Source: Candidatus Poribacteria bacterium
GTDB lineage: Bacteria > Poribacteria > WGA-4E > JAJDTR01
Reading direction: 5' to 3'
Length of the DNA stretch: 64,000 bases
Assembly (NCBI GenBank): GCA_965232535.1
Contig: CBDDPW010000023.1
Span: 736,798 to 800,797, forward strand
Shown here one piece after another: positions 19,501-28,671 of this stretch. Numbering within the stretch: the first letter of the stretch is position 1; every line of letters begins with the position of its first letter. A model generated the notes under the pieces. That model was not told the origin of the DNA, ran no database searches, and was given only the letters and a program-made list of their open reading frames with translations. The translations under genes were made by a program, and so were the position numbers.

Positions 19501-22500
19501 ATAACGCCCCGACGAACCAGCTACGTCAGATTACGGCCACCCTCCAAGATTATGTCGGTCCCGGAATTGATTTTGACTCCGCTGAAACGTCGATATCTGT
19601 GAGGGACGCGCTCGGGTCAGTCGTTACAGCTCAGCCGATACAACCCAACGCTGCCGAACTGCAATTGACGTGGACAGTGTTATCACCCTTGCCTCGCGAC
19701 GGTTCCGCTGATGGAACTTATGAAGTCATGGCTCGATTCGTAGAGTCGCCGGATCTGGGAACGACTTCTCCCACGACTTTCGAACGAACCGCCACGTTGG
19801 TTTTTGACACTCAACCGGCGCACATTTTGAGCACAAACCCAACTCGAAATGCGCGGATAACACATTTTGAACATGCTACAATTGAGTTGGGGGATGATTT
19901 AAGTGGCGTGGATTTCAATAACACCTCGATACAGTTGGTGGATCCTTCCAACAACTCAATTCCAACGAATATCAAGAATGATGGAGAAAAGCGAATCACG
20001 CTTTCTTTTGACGCGTTTAAGACGGACGGTTCAGCCGATGGGGTGTATCGTCTCGAAATCACACCGGTAGACTTGGCAGGAAATGTTGGTGGACTCTCAG
20101 CCGTTGAGTTTGTCTATGCTACGCTCGCACCTGAAATCGAGATGTTGACGCCAGCCGACGAATCTGTCGTCAATCGCGTTCCGGAAATTCGTGCCCTCAT
20201 TCACGACCATTCCGGCGAAGGGATTGCCCTCAAAAAATCCATGATTAGCTTATCGGGTCCGGATGGCGATGATGTGCATGGCGTTCGTGGAGATGATGAA
20301 GAACGGACCCTAACGCTGAGGTTGGGATTACCAACGGATGGCTCGGCTGATGGCACGTACACGGTCAATCTGAATCTTGTTGATAACCTCGGCATTGAAG
20401 CTGCCTATACGCAACATTTTACATATGACAGCGTCCCGCCAAAGATTGTCACGGAATCACTCCCGCCCCGCGAAAACGTGATTGACGATCATCGGATAAT
20501 AGTAGAATTTGAGGTTACGGATGCGTCTCCGGGGCTAGAGGCAGGGTCTGGTGTGGATTTTGATGCGACATCGGTCCAGCTTCAAGACTCTAATGGCGAA
20601 CTTATCGCCGGTGAAATGAAAGATGATGGTGTAAGCGTGATAACTTTCACCTCTGCCGAGTTAGCGAGCGTCGGTGTCTATACTTTGACAATAGTGGTTG
20701 CCGATCGTGCCGGCAATCTCAGCGTCCCGCAACAATTTACTTACAGAGACGTGATTCTCCCGCCGCGCGTAGTGTCATTCTCGCCGCCGGCGAAATCAAG
20801 ACTGAATCGTTTGACAGAGATTTCTGCTGTGATAGAAGATCGATCAGGCAGGGGAATCGACTTCTCGTCCACAGGTTCGACCATTGAACTCCGTAGTCCC
20901 GATGGCGTGCAGGTTGGAGGAATTGTTACCGACAACGGTGTAGATACCTTGACGTTCCATTTGATTGATCCGCTTTTGACTGACGGCAGTGAAGATGGCG
21001 TTTACACGATTGTCGTTCAGCCGATGGACAGGCTTGGAGTCAGTGGGGAAGTCCGACAAGTCGCAATTACCTATGATACGCAGAGTCCACGTGTCCAATC
21101 GGTTTCGCACATAGACATGACGGAGAATGTATCCCGCGTCAAAGATTCGGTGAGGCGCATTGAGGTGGAACTTACTGAGGCAAATTCGGGGATCGATGTT
21201 GGAAATTCATATGTCAAGTTGTGGCGTCATACGGAGAGCGATCGAGTTCTTGTCCCGGGCACACTTGATTATGATGACGCATCGTTGTTGTGGTGGCAAC
21301 TGGACTCTCCGCTTGCACGGAGTGGGGAAGACGATGGAGAATATACGGTTGAGGTAGTGGCGTTTGATAATGCCGGTAATGTAGAAGAAAATGAATACAG
21401 ACTTCTCTATGATACACAACCGCCCGTGATTGGCTCCATGCAAGTCTACGTGGTAGCCGGAGATGCGTTAGAACTTGATACAGATCTTGCTCCGAGCAAT
21501 AATCGAATAATTATTGAATTTGAGGTGACTGATGAGTCACCGGCGCTAGGTGCTGAATCTGGCGTCGATTTTGATGCGACGACGATTCAGCTTCAAGATT
21601 TCAATGGCGAACTAATTGCTGGTGACAAGAAAGATGATGGCGAAAAAAAGATTACCTTCACTTCAGTCGAACTAACGAGTGTAGGTGCTTATACCGTGAC
21701 AATAACCGCTGCCGATTATGCTGGCAATGTCAATGTCGGCGTTCCGCAGCGATTTACCTACAGGGACGAAATTAAGCCGCCGCGTGTAGTGTCATTCTCA
21801 CCGCCGGCGAAATCAAGACTGAATCGTTTGACAGAGATTTCTGCTGTGATAGAAGATCGATCGGGCAGAGGAATCGATTTCTCGTCCACAGGTTCGACCA
21901 TTGAACTTCACAGTCCCGATGGCGTGCAGGTTGGAGGAATTGTTACCAACAATGGTGTAGATACCTTGACGTTCCATTTGATAGATTCGCTTTTAACTGA
22001 CGGCAGCGAAGATGGCGTTTACACGATTGTCGTTCAGCCGATGGACAGGCTTGGAGTCAGTGGGGAAGTCCGACAAGTCGCAATAACCTATGATACGCAG
22101 AGTCCACGTGTCCAATCGGTATCGCACATAGACATGACGGAGAATGTATCCCGCGTCAAAGATTCGGTGAGGCGCATTGAGGTGGAACTTACTGAGGAAA
22201 ATTCGGGGATCGACGTTGCAAGTTCACACGTTCAGTTGTGGCGTCATACGGAGAGCGACCGTGTTCTTGTCCCGGGCACACTTGCTTATGATGACGCATC
22301 GTTGTTGTGGTGGCAACTGGACTCTCCGCTTGCACGGAGTGGGGAAGACGATGGAGATTATACGGTTGCAGTAGTGGCGTTTGATAATGCCGGTAATGTA
22401 GAAGAAAATGAATACAGACTTCTTTATGATACACAAGCACCCGTAATTGGCTCCATTCAAGTCTACGTGGTTGCCGGAGATGCGCTAGAACTTGATACGG

Positions 22501-25500
22501 ATCTTGCTCCGAGCAATAATCGAATAATTATTGAATTTGAAGTAACTGATGAATCACCGGCACTCGGTGCTGAATCTGGCGTCGATTTTGATGCGACGAC
22601 GATTCAGCTTCAAGACTCCAATGGCGAACTAATCGCCGGTGACAAGAAAGATGATGGCGAAAAAAAGATTACCTTTACCTCTGTCGAGCTAACGAGTGTA
22701 GGTGTTTACACCGTGACAATAACCGCTGCCGATTATGCAGGCAATGTCAATGTCGGCGTTCCGCAGCGCTTTACCTACAGGGGCGAAATTAAGCCGCCGC
22801 GTGTAGTGTCATTCTCGCCGCCGGCGAAGTCAAGATTGAATAGTTTGACAGAGGTTACTGCTGTAATAGAAGATCAATCCGGGACGGGAATCGATTTCTC
22901 GCCCACGGGTTCTACCGTTGAACTCCGTAGTCCCGATGACATGGTGGTAGAGGGGATTATCGTTGATAATGGGGTAGATACCATGACGTTAAGGTTGCTT
23001 GACCCGCTATTGACTGACGGCAGCGATGATGGTGTTTATGTAATCACTGTTCAACCTGTTGACCAGCGCGGGATAAGTGGAGAAGTGCGGCAATTCTCGG
23101 TAACTTATGATACGCAGAAGCCGCGCGTCCAATCAGTTTCTCACATAGATCTGACGGCGAATGTATCGAACGTCAGAGATTCGGTAAGGCGCGTTGAAGT
23201 TGAACTTATTGAGACCGGCTCGGGAATAGACTTCGAGCGCTCGTATGTTCGGTTGTGGCGTCATACTGAAGATGAACGTGTCCTCGTCCCGGGCACACTT
23301 GACAGTGACGGGTCGTTACTATGGTTGCAACTGGAAAATGCACTCGCACGCAACGGCGTCGATGATGGCGCGTATTCGGTGGTGGTAAGCGCGGTTGATA
23401 ATGCCGATAATGTGGAAGAGAAAGAATTCGTGTTTCTCTATGACACGCAAGTTCCCGGAATTGATTCCGTTAAAGCCGCTGCGGCTGCCGGAAATACACT
23501 TGAGATTGGTACGGGAAGTGTCTCCACAGTCGTTGGGGTGCCCATTCATCAAATTCATTTAGCCTTTTCTGATGGTTCAGGCAGCGGAATAGATGTCTCT
23601 CAGACTACGGCCCAACTTATTCAACCCGATGGGACGGCGGTAGCTGCAACGCAACAAGATGATGGGATGGTAACCGTTTCCTTAAGATTTAAACCGCTCC
23701 GAGATGATGGGACGGACGACGGACGCTACTTTGTACGAGTGACACCGATAGATTTCTCGGGAAACACTTATACAAGTCCGTTAGAGTTTCAGTTCCTCTA
23801 TTCAACGCGGAAACCCGAGGTTGTTTCGACCACGCCAGCCGAACAAGAGTCTGTTAATTTCTTGGACTCGGTTAGTGTGGTACTCATCGACCATAGCGGC
23901 GAAGGAATCGACTTCGATCGTTCTACAGTTGGTTTGTACAATGCCGAAGGCATCTTGGTTGAAGGCCGCCAAAATGCCGATACGGGAAGTTCGGTGATAA
24001 CGTGGGACTTAGACCGTCCGATGTCGCGCGACGGCGTTGATGATGGAGAGTATTCCATACGGCTTGTAGCTTTCGATGGAGCGGGCAACGAACTTAGCTC
24101 GTCCGCGACAATCCTTTACGATTCCCAAATACCGCGGATTGTCTCGGTTTCTGCAGACACAATACCATCGACATCCATTCCCGCCAATGAGCTTGTCGTG
24201 CTTAATCGGTCATTTTCGCAGATGAGGATCGGGCTCTCTGATGAACATGCTGACGGAGAAAAGATTCCGACATCGGGGATCGACTTTGCCGGTACGATAG
24301 TTCAACTGGTTGGACCCGACAATGAACAGATTGGAGTCACTGTAAGTGATGACGGTGAGACACAGTTAATTGTAAACTTCACACCGCTAGTGAAACCTGG
24401 TGCCTACACGCTTGAAATTATACCGCGCGATCTTGCGGGAAATGCTTCTGGGCATCCAATTCAGTATAAGTTCAGTCTCAATTTGGCTAAACCGCGCGTA
24501 GATTCTGTGGCAATCGGCGGACGCAGGGCTCCCGTTGCCTTTGTAAATCAACTTGACAAGATTACCGCCAAACTGGTTGACCCGAATGGAGTTGGATTGG
24601 ACCTGACCACCGGAGGTTCGGGGCTGAGTGTGATAGGTCCTAATGGTGTGGTCGACGGTCTTCAAGAAGGCAATGGAGTTGATGAACTGGAGTGGACACC
24701 TCTGCACCTACCGGAAGATGGCACGGCTGACGGACGCTATACAGTGACCATTACGCCCGTAGACAACCTGGGCCTTTCCGGCGCGCCTGCAAGATATGAG
24801 TTTATATTGGATACGCAGCAGCCCGAGTTGGTTGGTGTTGACCCAATAGATCTTACACACGCAGTGTCTTACATTGGCGGGCAAATATTCCGGATTTCCG
24901 CCCAAGTTGGAGATGTCGGTCCCGCCGGTCTAGACATCTCGGCACAGTCAATTAAACTACAAGATTTTAATGGTGTCTTCATTCCGGCGGATTTGACGAC
25001 CGATGGCGATAGTCAAATTTTGTTAACGTTGGCTCAACCGTTAGCTACAAACGGCGGCGATGATGGAGAATACTCTATTGTGATCGACTTGAGCGATCGA
25101 GCTGGCAATGCGTTTAAGATTGAGCACACTTTTGTCTATGATACGCAAGCCCCAACTCTCGTGGATACTGATCCGGCAGGTGATCTGATTCGAGACGATC
25201 TCACTTCAATTGTCGCTCACCTTAGCGATAATGGAGGTAGTGGCATTGACTTCGCCGTTTCCCAGTTACTGCTTTTCGATCCAAACGGAAATCAGGTGAA
25301 CGGACAGTTGGGCAACGATGGGGTCGGACAACTTATTTTACTGCTTGATGAATTGGCGGAAGATGGCAGTTATCGTATTCGCGTGGTGGGTGTTGACAGG
25401 GCTGGCAATGGGACTGATGCACCATTCGAAAGAACTTTCCTCTTTTCCACGAACCTGCCCACTGTCGTGTCGACTGTGCCGGTAACGGCTCCTGCTGGTA

Positions 25501-27185
25501 GCGCTTTCACACGAACGCCGCCGGATCAGGTCGAAGTCGAATTTCAATCATCGCCGAATTTGTCCACGATTAAGCTAATCCACCCTAACGGTACAACGGT
25601 ACTTGGGCAGCAGATCCGAGATGGAAACCGCCTTATCTATCGTCTGTCGCGGGAATTGGCTTCCGATGGATCGGATGACGGTAGTTACACAATCTTGGTG
25701 ACGCCTGTCAATAGTGCCGGGCGAAGTGGTGAGCAGCAGCAGTATAACTTCGTGTATGACTCAGTTGTTCCGGAAGTTGAGGGGATTCTGCCGGTTGTCG
25801 AATCGCCGGGTGTTAACAATGCCTTGAATGAAATTTTGGTGCTAGTCACCGATGCAAGCCCCAGTTCGTCTATTGATTGGGATGAATTGGACGACTCATG
25901 GGTGACCTTCGAGAAGATTGGGGTCGAGAAGAAGATTCGCGGCAGACTCACAACCGATAGAGACCAACTAATCAGTTTTCACTTGGAATCGCCGTTGGCT
26001 TCTGATGGGAGTCAGGACGGGAAGTATCGCGTGATTGTCATGCCGCGGGATCGAGCGGGTAATGTCGCCATACCGACAGCCATTGAGTTTTTCCTCGACA
26101 CACGGCCGCCAACCATCCATACCGATTCCCTCTTGATTAATGACCGACCACTATTTGTTAGCACCAATCATCCGGATTATCCCTCGGCGGACGGGAGTGG
26201 CAGCGGGGTTGTAATTCAGGCAAGAATGTCCGACTTGGCGTCTGATGGAGAACCGGGGCTTGGTGTAGATCTTTCGCAGTCGTCGATTGTTGTGACTGCA
26301 CCCGATGACACGCCAGTGACCGGGAATCTGATACAGAACGGTACGGACACTATTGTGTTCAGGTCGGGTCCGCTGATTACAGAAGGTTTTTACCGAGTCG
26401 AAATCACGAGCGTCGGATTAGATGTGGATGGGCTTGGCTTTGCTCCTACCGGCTCCATCACGACTCAGTTCCTGCACGAAACGACGGAGCCCGTTGCGGA
26501 ATTAACCGATTTCGGTGGAAAAACCAGCTTGACAGATCAAGCATTGCCGCTGCGCGGTACGGCGACAGACCCGATTTCGATAGCGCAGGAAGGGATTGAT
26601 GACGGGCAAGGTGGACCTGTGTCGGCGTCGGGGATTGCGTTTGTAGAAATTGTTGGCACGGGGCCAGACGGTGAACCAATCGAACCGGTACTAGCCGTGG
26701 ATAGAAGCGGCGCCCAGTCAGAACCGTGGAGTAGCTGGTCACTTGATTTTCTGCCGGCGCGGTCCGGAGGATACAATCTTGATGTTCGTGTGACGGATCG
26801 AGCCGGCAACGTCGCTGTATACGATGGCGTAACTGTCAACCTATCCGTTTCTTTAACATACCGCGGAACCACATACAGTTGGCCCAGCCCGTTAAAACGC
26901 TCTACGGGAGATCGTGCCCATTTTTCCTTCGATGTCAATATACCCAGCGGTTCAAAAATCAACATGACCTTAAGCATCTATGATTTTGGCGGCGATCTTG
27001 TCTTTGAAGACACCTTCGCTAATATAAGTCCCGGTCGAGACAGCGACCAGCTTGTGACATGGAATCTAAAAAACCAAGCCGGTGCGGCGGTTGCCCGCGG
27101 GATTTATATTTTCCGTCTTGAAGCCGAGGATGTCGCTACCAAGAATCGGAGCAACGCGGTCGGAAAAATGCTCGTCATCGAGTGA
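16551..27185 (+). CDS. Giant (3,544 aa) secreted Ig-like-repeat surface protein with FlgD-Ig-like N-terminal modules and a T9SS-type C-terminal sorting domain
   Basis: Hydrophobic leader LLFQLNCLLFFVAVSTSTWG. FSPNGDGIQDN and FSPNSDAIKD motifs occur near the N-terminus. About 27 modules of roughly 100 aa are delimited by [YF]D[TS]xxP-type boundaries and carry DGS[AED]DG.Y...V...D.AGN. The last ~90 aa (YSWPSPL...INMTLSIYDFGGDLVFED...VTWNLKNQAGAAVARGIYIFRLEAED...GKMLVIE) fit the Por_Secre_tail / FlgD_ig pattern. The exact start is uncertain. Confidence 0.85.
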   Translation: MKLKLSGNPFLMIKHCIRARIGLSLPVKRPQFWLRTRIPTLLFQLNCLLFFVAVSTSTWGQFFESPPRIIDDANEDTVFSPNGDGIQDNLIISFVTNGFTGDYRIMIDVHGPGAVGRPDGVFDIDDDWVVLGAVGPGPSEFYPENNPKIVHQEWDGMDRAPSQDTPPSARPVGPGNYEIRVETDAFEDGAIDIINPTYQSSTLVAVVDIDAPKISSTVSHLFFSPNSDAIKDTTTITYALSEHLSDLSLEFANLENQPAIKLTQITRGRQSFTWSGLDGLRTPLIDGVYNLRLRGVDNGGNVTTFDVGAVQIDTKAPTFTQITPSRDAYLKVSITAIEVEFNLAEQDSPINFDSSVTTIGLQNAGGETVSGIIRSDVTNNRLTLALDNPLDTISENGSYTAVILVADEAGNQAATESSFNFDTVPPTLQRIRSNYGNFPPNGSVNTKITFVEVDLDDNIDDGLNLAASTIALNGPNGAIFGNQTFGGDSTLRWNLEAPIAADGSEDGIYTITISVADRAGNTANFGEISFVYDTQAPRLDSLTPNLEDSSFHLGAGTIYRSQPLLQVVAGFDDGAGSGVDFASSRLEIVRLDETGSGNIFLTGTRHVNPTDGTLAFLLSQPLENQDGTQDGAYTIRVSSADVAGNTSTSRVDLIYDTEPPTIVSVAPERDATVTTLSQVTLVMDDSMSGVDFANTILKLVRDDVEIRGTSSNNGKDTEVLTLSNPLVTDGSDDGEYRIEITTVDRAGNASDLIERRFYFVSQQPEIRLNAPATGVINEFTTIDAQFVNYIGTGIDFSPEKSSVIVTRPDGTVLPSASVEVDNVNNRLIWMAKTPLPRDGSADGEYTVRVNYENLVGQNFTQDFALIFDTQLPGVVQTTPAPGARVSRLGAVTVEFTADLSGVDFAAAQVRLLDPNGVPVGTNRSDNGVDAVTLRIQDLQTSTIEGVYIIEVTPADRAGNVADSPYLSSFTFAPRGPSITLEPTDNAPTNQLRQITATLQDYVGPGIDFDSAETSISVRDALGSVVTAQPIQPNAAELQLTWTVLSPLPRDGSADGTYEVMARFVESPDLGTTSPTTFERTATLVFDTQPAHILSTNPTRNARITHFEHATIELGDDLSGVDFNNTSIQLVDPSNNSIPTNIKNDGEKRITLSFDAFKTDGSADGVYRLEITPVDLAGNVGGLSAVEFVYATLAPEIEMLTPADESVVNRVPEIRALIHDHSGEGIALKKSMISLSGPDGDDVHGVRGDDEERTLTLRLGLPTDGSADGTYTVNLNLVDNLGIEAAYTQHFTYDSVPPKIVTESLPPRENVIDDHRIIVEFEVTDASPGLEAGSGVDFDATSVQLQDSNGELIAGEMKDDGVSVITFTSAELASVGVYTLTIVVADRAGNLSVPQQFTYRDVILPPRVVSFSPPAKSRLNRLTEISAVIEDRSGRGIDFSSTGSTIELRSPDGVQVGGIVTDNGVDTLTFHLIDPLLTDGSEDGVYTIVVQPMDRLGVSGEVRQVAITYDTQSPRVQSVSHIDMTENVSRVKDSVRRIEVELTEANSGIDVGNSYVKLWRHTESDRVLVPGTLDYDDASLLWWQLDSPLARSGEDDGEYTVEVVAFDNAGNVEENEYRLLYDTQPPVIGSMQVYVVAGDALELDTDLAPSNNRIIIEFEVTDESPALGAESGVDFDATTIQLQDFNGELIAGDKKDDGEKKITFTSVELTSVGAYTVTITAADYAGNVNVGVPQRFTYRDEIKPPRVVSFSPPAKSRLNRLTEISAVIEDRSGRGIDFSSTGSTIELHSPDGVQVGGIVTNNGVDTLTFHLIDSLLTDGSEDGVYTIVVQPMDRLGVSGEVRQVAITYDTQSPRVQSVSHIDMTENVSRVKDSVRRIEVELTEENSGIDVASSHVQLWRHTESDRVLVPGTLAYDDASLLWWQLDSPLARSGEDDGDYTVAVVAFDNAGNVEENEYRLLYDTQAPVIGSIQVYVVAGDALELDTDLAPSNNRIIIEFEVTDESPALGAESGVDFDATTIQLQDSNGELIAGDKKDDGEKKITFTSVELTSVGVYTVTITAADYAGNVNVGVPQRFTYRGEIKPPRVVSFSPPAKSRLNSLTEVTAVIEDQSGTGIDFSPTGSTVELRSPDDMVVEGIIVDNGVDTMTLRLLDPLLTDGSDDGVYVITVQPVDQRGISGEVRQFSVTYDTQKPRVQSVSHIDLTANVSNVRDSVRRVEVELIETGSGIDFERSYVRLWRHTEDERVLVPGTLDSDGSLLWLQLENALARNGVDDGAYSVVVSAVDNADNVEEKEFVFLYDTQVPGIDSVKAAAAAGNTLEIGTGSVSTVVGVPIHQIHLAFSDGSGSGIDVSQTTAQLIQPDGTAVAATQQDDGMVTVSLRFKPLRDDGTDDGRYFVRVTPIDFSGNTYTSPLEFQFLYSTRKPEVVSTTPAEQESVNFLDSVSVVLIDHSGEGIDFDRSTVGLYNAEGILVEGRQNADTGSSVITWDLDRPMSRDGVDDGEYSIRLVAFDGAGNELSSSATILYDSQIPRIVSVSADTIPSTSIPANELVVLNRSFSQMRIGLSDEHADGEKIPTSGIDFAGTIVQLVGPDNEQIGVTVSDDGETQLIVNFTPLVKPGAYTLEIIPRDLAGNASGHPIQYKFSLNLAKPRVDSVAIGGRRAPVAFVNQLDKITAKLVDPNGVGLDLTTGGSGLSVIGPNGVVDGLQEGNGVDELEWTPLHLPEDGTADGRYTVTITPVDNLGLSGAPARYEFILDTQQPELVGVDPIDLTHAVSYIGGQIFRISAQVGDVGPAGLDISAQSIKLQDFNGVFIPADLTTDGDSQILLTLAQPLATNGGDDGEYSIVIDLSDRAGNAFKIEHTFVYDTQAPTLVDTDPAGDLIRDDLTSIVAHLSDNGGSGIDFAVSQLLLFDPNGNQVNGQLGNDGVGQLILLLDELAEDGSYRIRVVGVDRAGNGTDAPFERTFLFSTNLPTVVSTVPVTAPAGSAFTRTPPDQVEVEFQSSPNLSTIKLIHPNGTTVLGQQIRDGNRLIYRLSRELASDGSDDGSYTILVTPVNSAGRSGEQQQYNFVYDSVVPEVEGILPVVESPGVNNALNEILVLVTDASPSSSIDWDELDDSWVTFEKIGVEKKIRGRLTTDRDQLISFHLESPLASDGSQDGKYRVIVMPRDRAGNVAIPTAIEFFLDTRPPTIHTDSLLINDRPLFVSTNHPDYPSADGSGSGVVIQARMSDLASDGEPGLGVDLSQSSIVVTAPDDTPVTGNLIQNGTDTIVFRSGPLITEGFYRVEITSVGLDVDGLGFAPTGSITTQFLHETTEPVAELTDFGGKTSLTDQALPLRGTATDPISIAQEGIDDGQGGPVSASGIAFVEIVGTGPDGEPIEPVLAVDRSGAQSEPWSSWSLDFLPARSGGYNLDVRVTDRAGNVAVYDGVTVNLSVSLTYRGTTYSWPSPLKRSTGDRAHFSFDVNIPSGSKINMTLSIYDFGGDLVFEDTFANISPGRDSDQLVTWNLKNQAGAAVARGIYIFRLEAEDVATKNRSNAVGKMLVIE
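20761..22794 (+). repeat. Two tandem in-frame copies of a 1,017-bp (339-aa, three-module) unit inside the giant gene
   Basis: gtagtgtcattctc recurs at 20769, 21786 and 22803 (period exactly 1,017). 20761-21777 versus 21778-22794 is roughly 95 percent identical by eye. Flanking units (about 20480-20760 and 22795-23460) are clearly more diverged. Confidence 0.9.
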
Positions 27186-27280
27186 TCAGCTTCTTAATGG
27201 CAATGAGCACACTTGGGATAGCAACGAGAGATACCTTGACAATATCTATGTCGTTTTACGCATGATACGAGGAGATTCTA

Positions 27281-28234
27281 GTGCAAAGAATCGTTTTAGT
27301 TGGTGCCCTCTGTTTAATCTGTTTTTCCGGTTGGGCTTCCAATATCCATGATGACGCCGGGACGACAGGTGCAGCCTTTCTCAAGATTGATGGAGGTAGC
27401 CGACCGGCAGGCATGGGAGGTGCATTCGTTGGGCTTGCGAATGACATAAATACGATATTCTCAAATCCTGCAGGCTTAACCACGGTTCAGGCGCACGAGC
27501 TAACGGCTATGCAGAATTTCGCATTCGCGGATATTAGTAACCAGTCGATTGGGTATGCGCAACGCGACGGCAACCTCGTTTGGGGCGCAAGTTTTCTAGG
27601 GGCTTTTACCGAAATAGAACGCCGGATCGGCCCAAGCGACAATCCGGACAGCACGGTGAACGTCGGTGGATTCGCAGCAGGTCTCTCCCTTGCTTATCCT
27701 TTATCCCGGAAGATTTCGGTTGGCGCGACTGCGAAGGCAATTTCGCAGCAACTAGATCTCCAAAATTCATTTGGCGGAGCAATTGACATAGGTGCTGTTT
27801 GGCGCGCATTGGGTAACCGCTTGGGGTTTGGGATTACCGCGCAGAACCTAGGTATGCTCGATGAAAGTGAAACTCTGCCGAGAAGCATACGCGCAGGGTT
27901 TGCCTACCATGTTCATACGCCTTCAATCCAAACTGAAGACCTACCGCCTAAGAATCTCTTCTCAATCGTTGCCGATATTGATGTGCCGATGATTGCAGCC
28001 TATCCTACTCTTCACATCGGAGCCGAAAATTGGTTTTACGATCTGATTGCCGCTCGAATCGGTTATAGCATCGGCAAGGGTGAAAACCCTAACAACGGAG
28101 TCACGGTTGGAATTGGAATTCGTCGAAAGGGCGAAGATTCCCTCAAAAGTATCCGATTTCAGTTTGATTACGCTCTCGTACCCGACGCAGATGTCGGAAA
28201 CGCCCACCGGCTCGCGTTTATCACGCGGTTCTAA
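27281..28234 (+). CDS. PorV/PorQ-family outer-membrane beta-barrel protein
   Basis: Signal peptide, then DDAGTTGAAFLKIDGGSRPAGMGGAFVGLANDINTIFSNPAGLT, the hallmark N-terminal segment of the PorV/PorQ (UPF0164-like) family. C-terminal aromatic residue (ITRF). AGGAG lies 6 nt before the GTG. Confidence 0.7.
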   Translation: MQRIVLVGALCLICFSGWASNIHDDAGTTGAAFLKIDGGSRPAGMGGAFVGLANDINTIFSNPAGLTTVQAHELTAMQNFAFADISNQSIGYAQRDGNLVWGASFLGAFTEIERRIGPSDNPDSTVNVGGFAAGLSLAYPLSRKISVGATAKAISQQLDLQNSFGGAIDIGAVWRALGNRLGFGITAQNLGMLDESETLPRSIRAGFAYHVHTPSIQTEDLPPKNLFSIVADIDVPMIAAYPTLHIGAENWFYDLIAARIGYSIGKGENPNNGVTVGIGIRRKGEDSLKSIRFQFDYALVPDADVGNAHRLAFITRF

Positions 28235-28671
28235 CAGTATTTCCTTCGATAATCATCTCCGCCCACCACAGACTCCTTCCCGTGTCACAGTCAACTTGTC
28301 TATTATAGACAATCCCATTCCTTTTTAGATATGTGTCGGTAGGTGCGATCAAGGGACCGCAATGTATGGATAATTCTTCGTTTCACTACAAGGAGTGCGT
28401 GCCTGCAGTTGTAAACGTTGCATTTTTGATACTTGCGTTGCATATCATGCCACAATTGTCTCTCTTGACTGACTTCCAATTCACTCTTTTTGACCTAATT
28501 CTATATGGTGAGAAAATTGCAATGGGTTGCGCTTGACTCTATGAATTGTTGTAGTAAACTCGACGAACCCTCTTAACCCGATTGGATTCAAATGCCTTAA
28601 AACATATGGTGATACGCTTGGCATCAATTCGAAAGAAAAATGGTCCAATGTGCCAAAGATTTGGTAGGAAC

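Noticed and set aside
16551-27185. Giant repeat protein as a diversity-generating-retroelement target
   Set aside because: There is no reverse transcriptase and no template/variable repeat pair with adenine-specific differences. The internal repeats differ at all base types.
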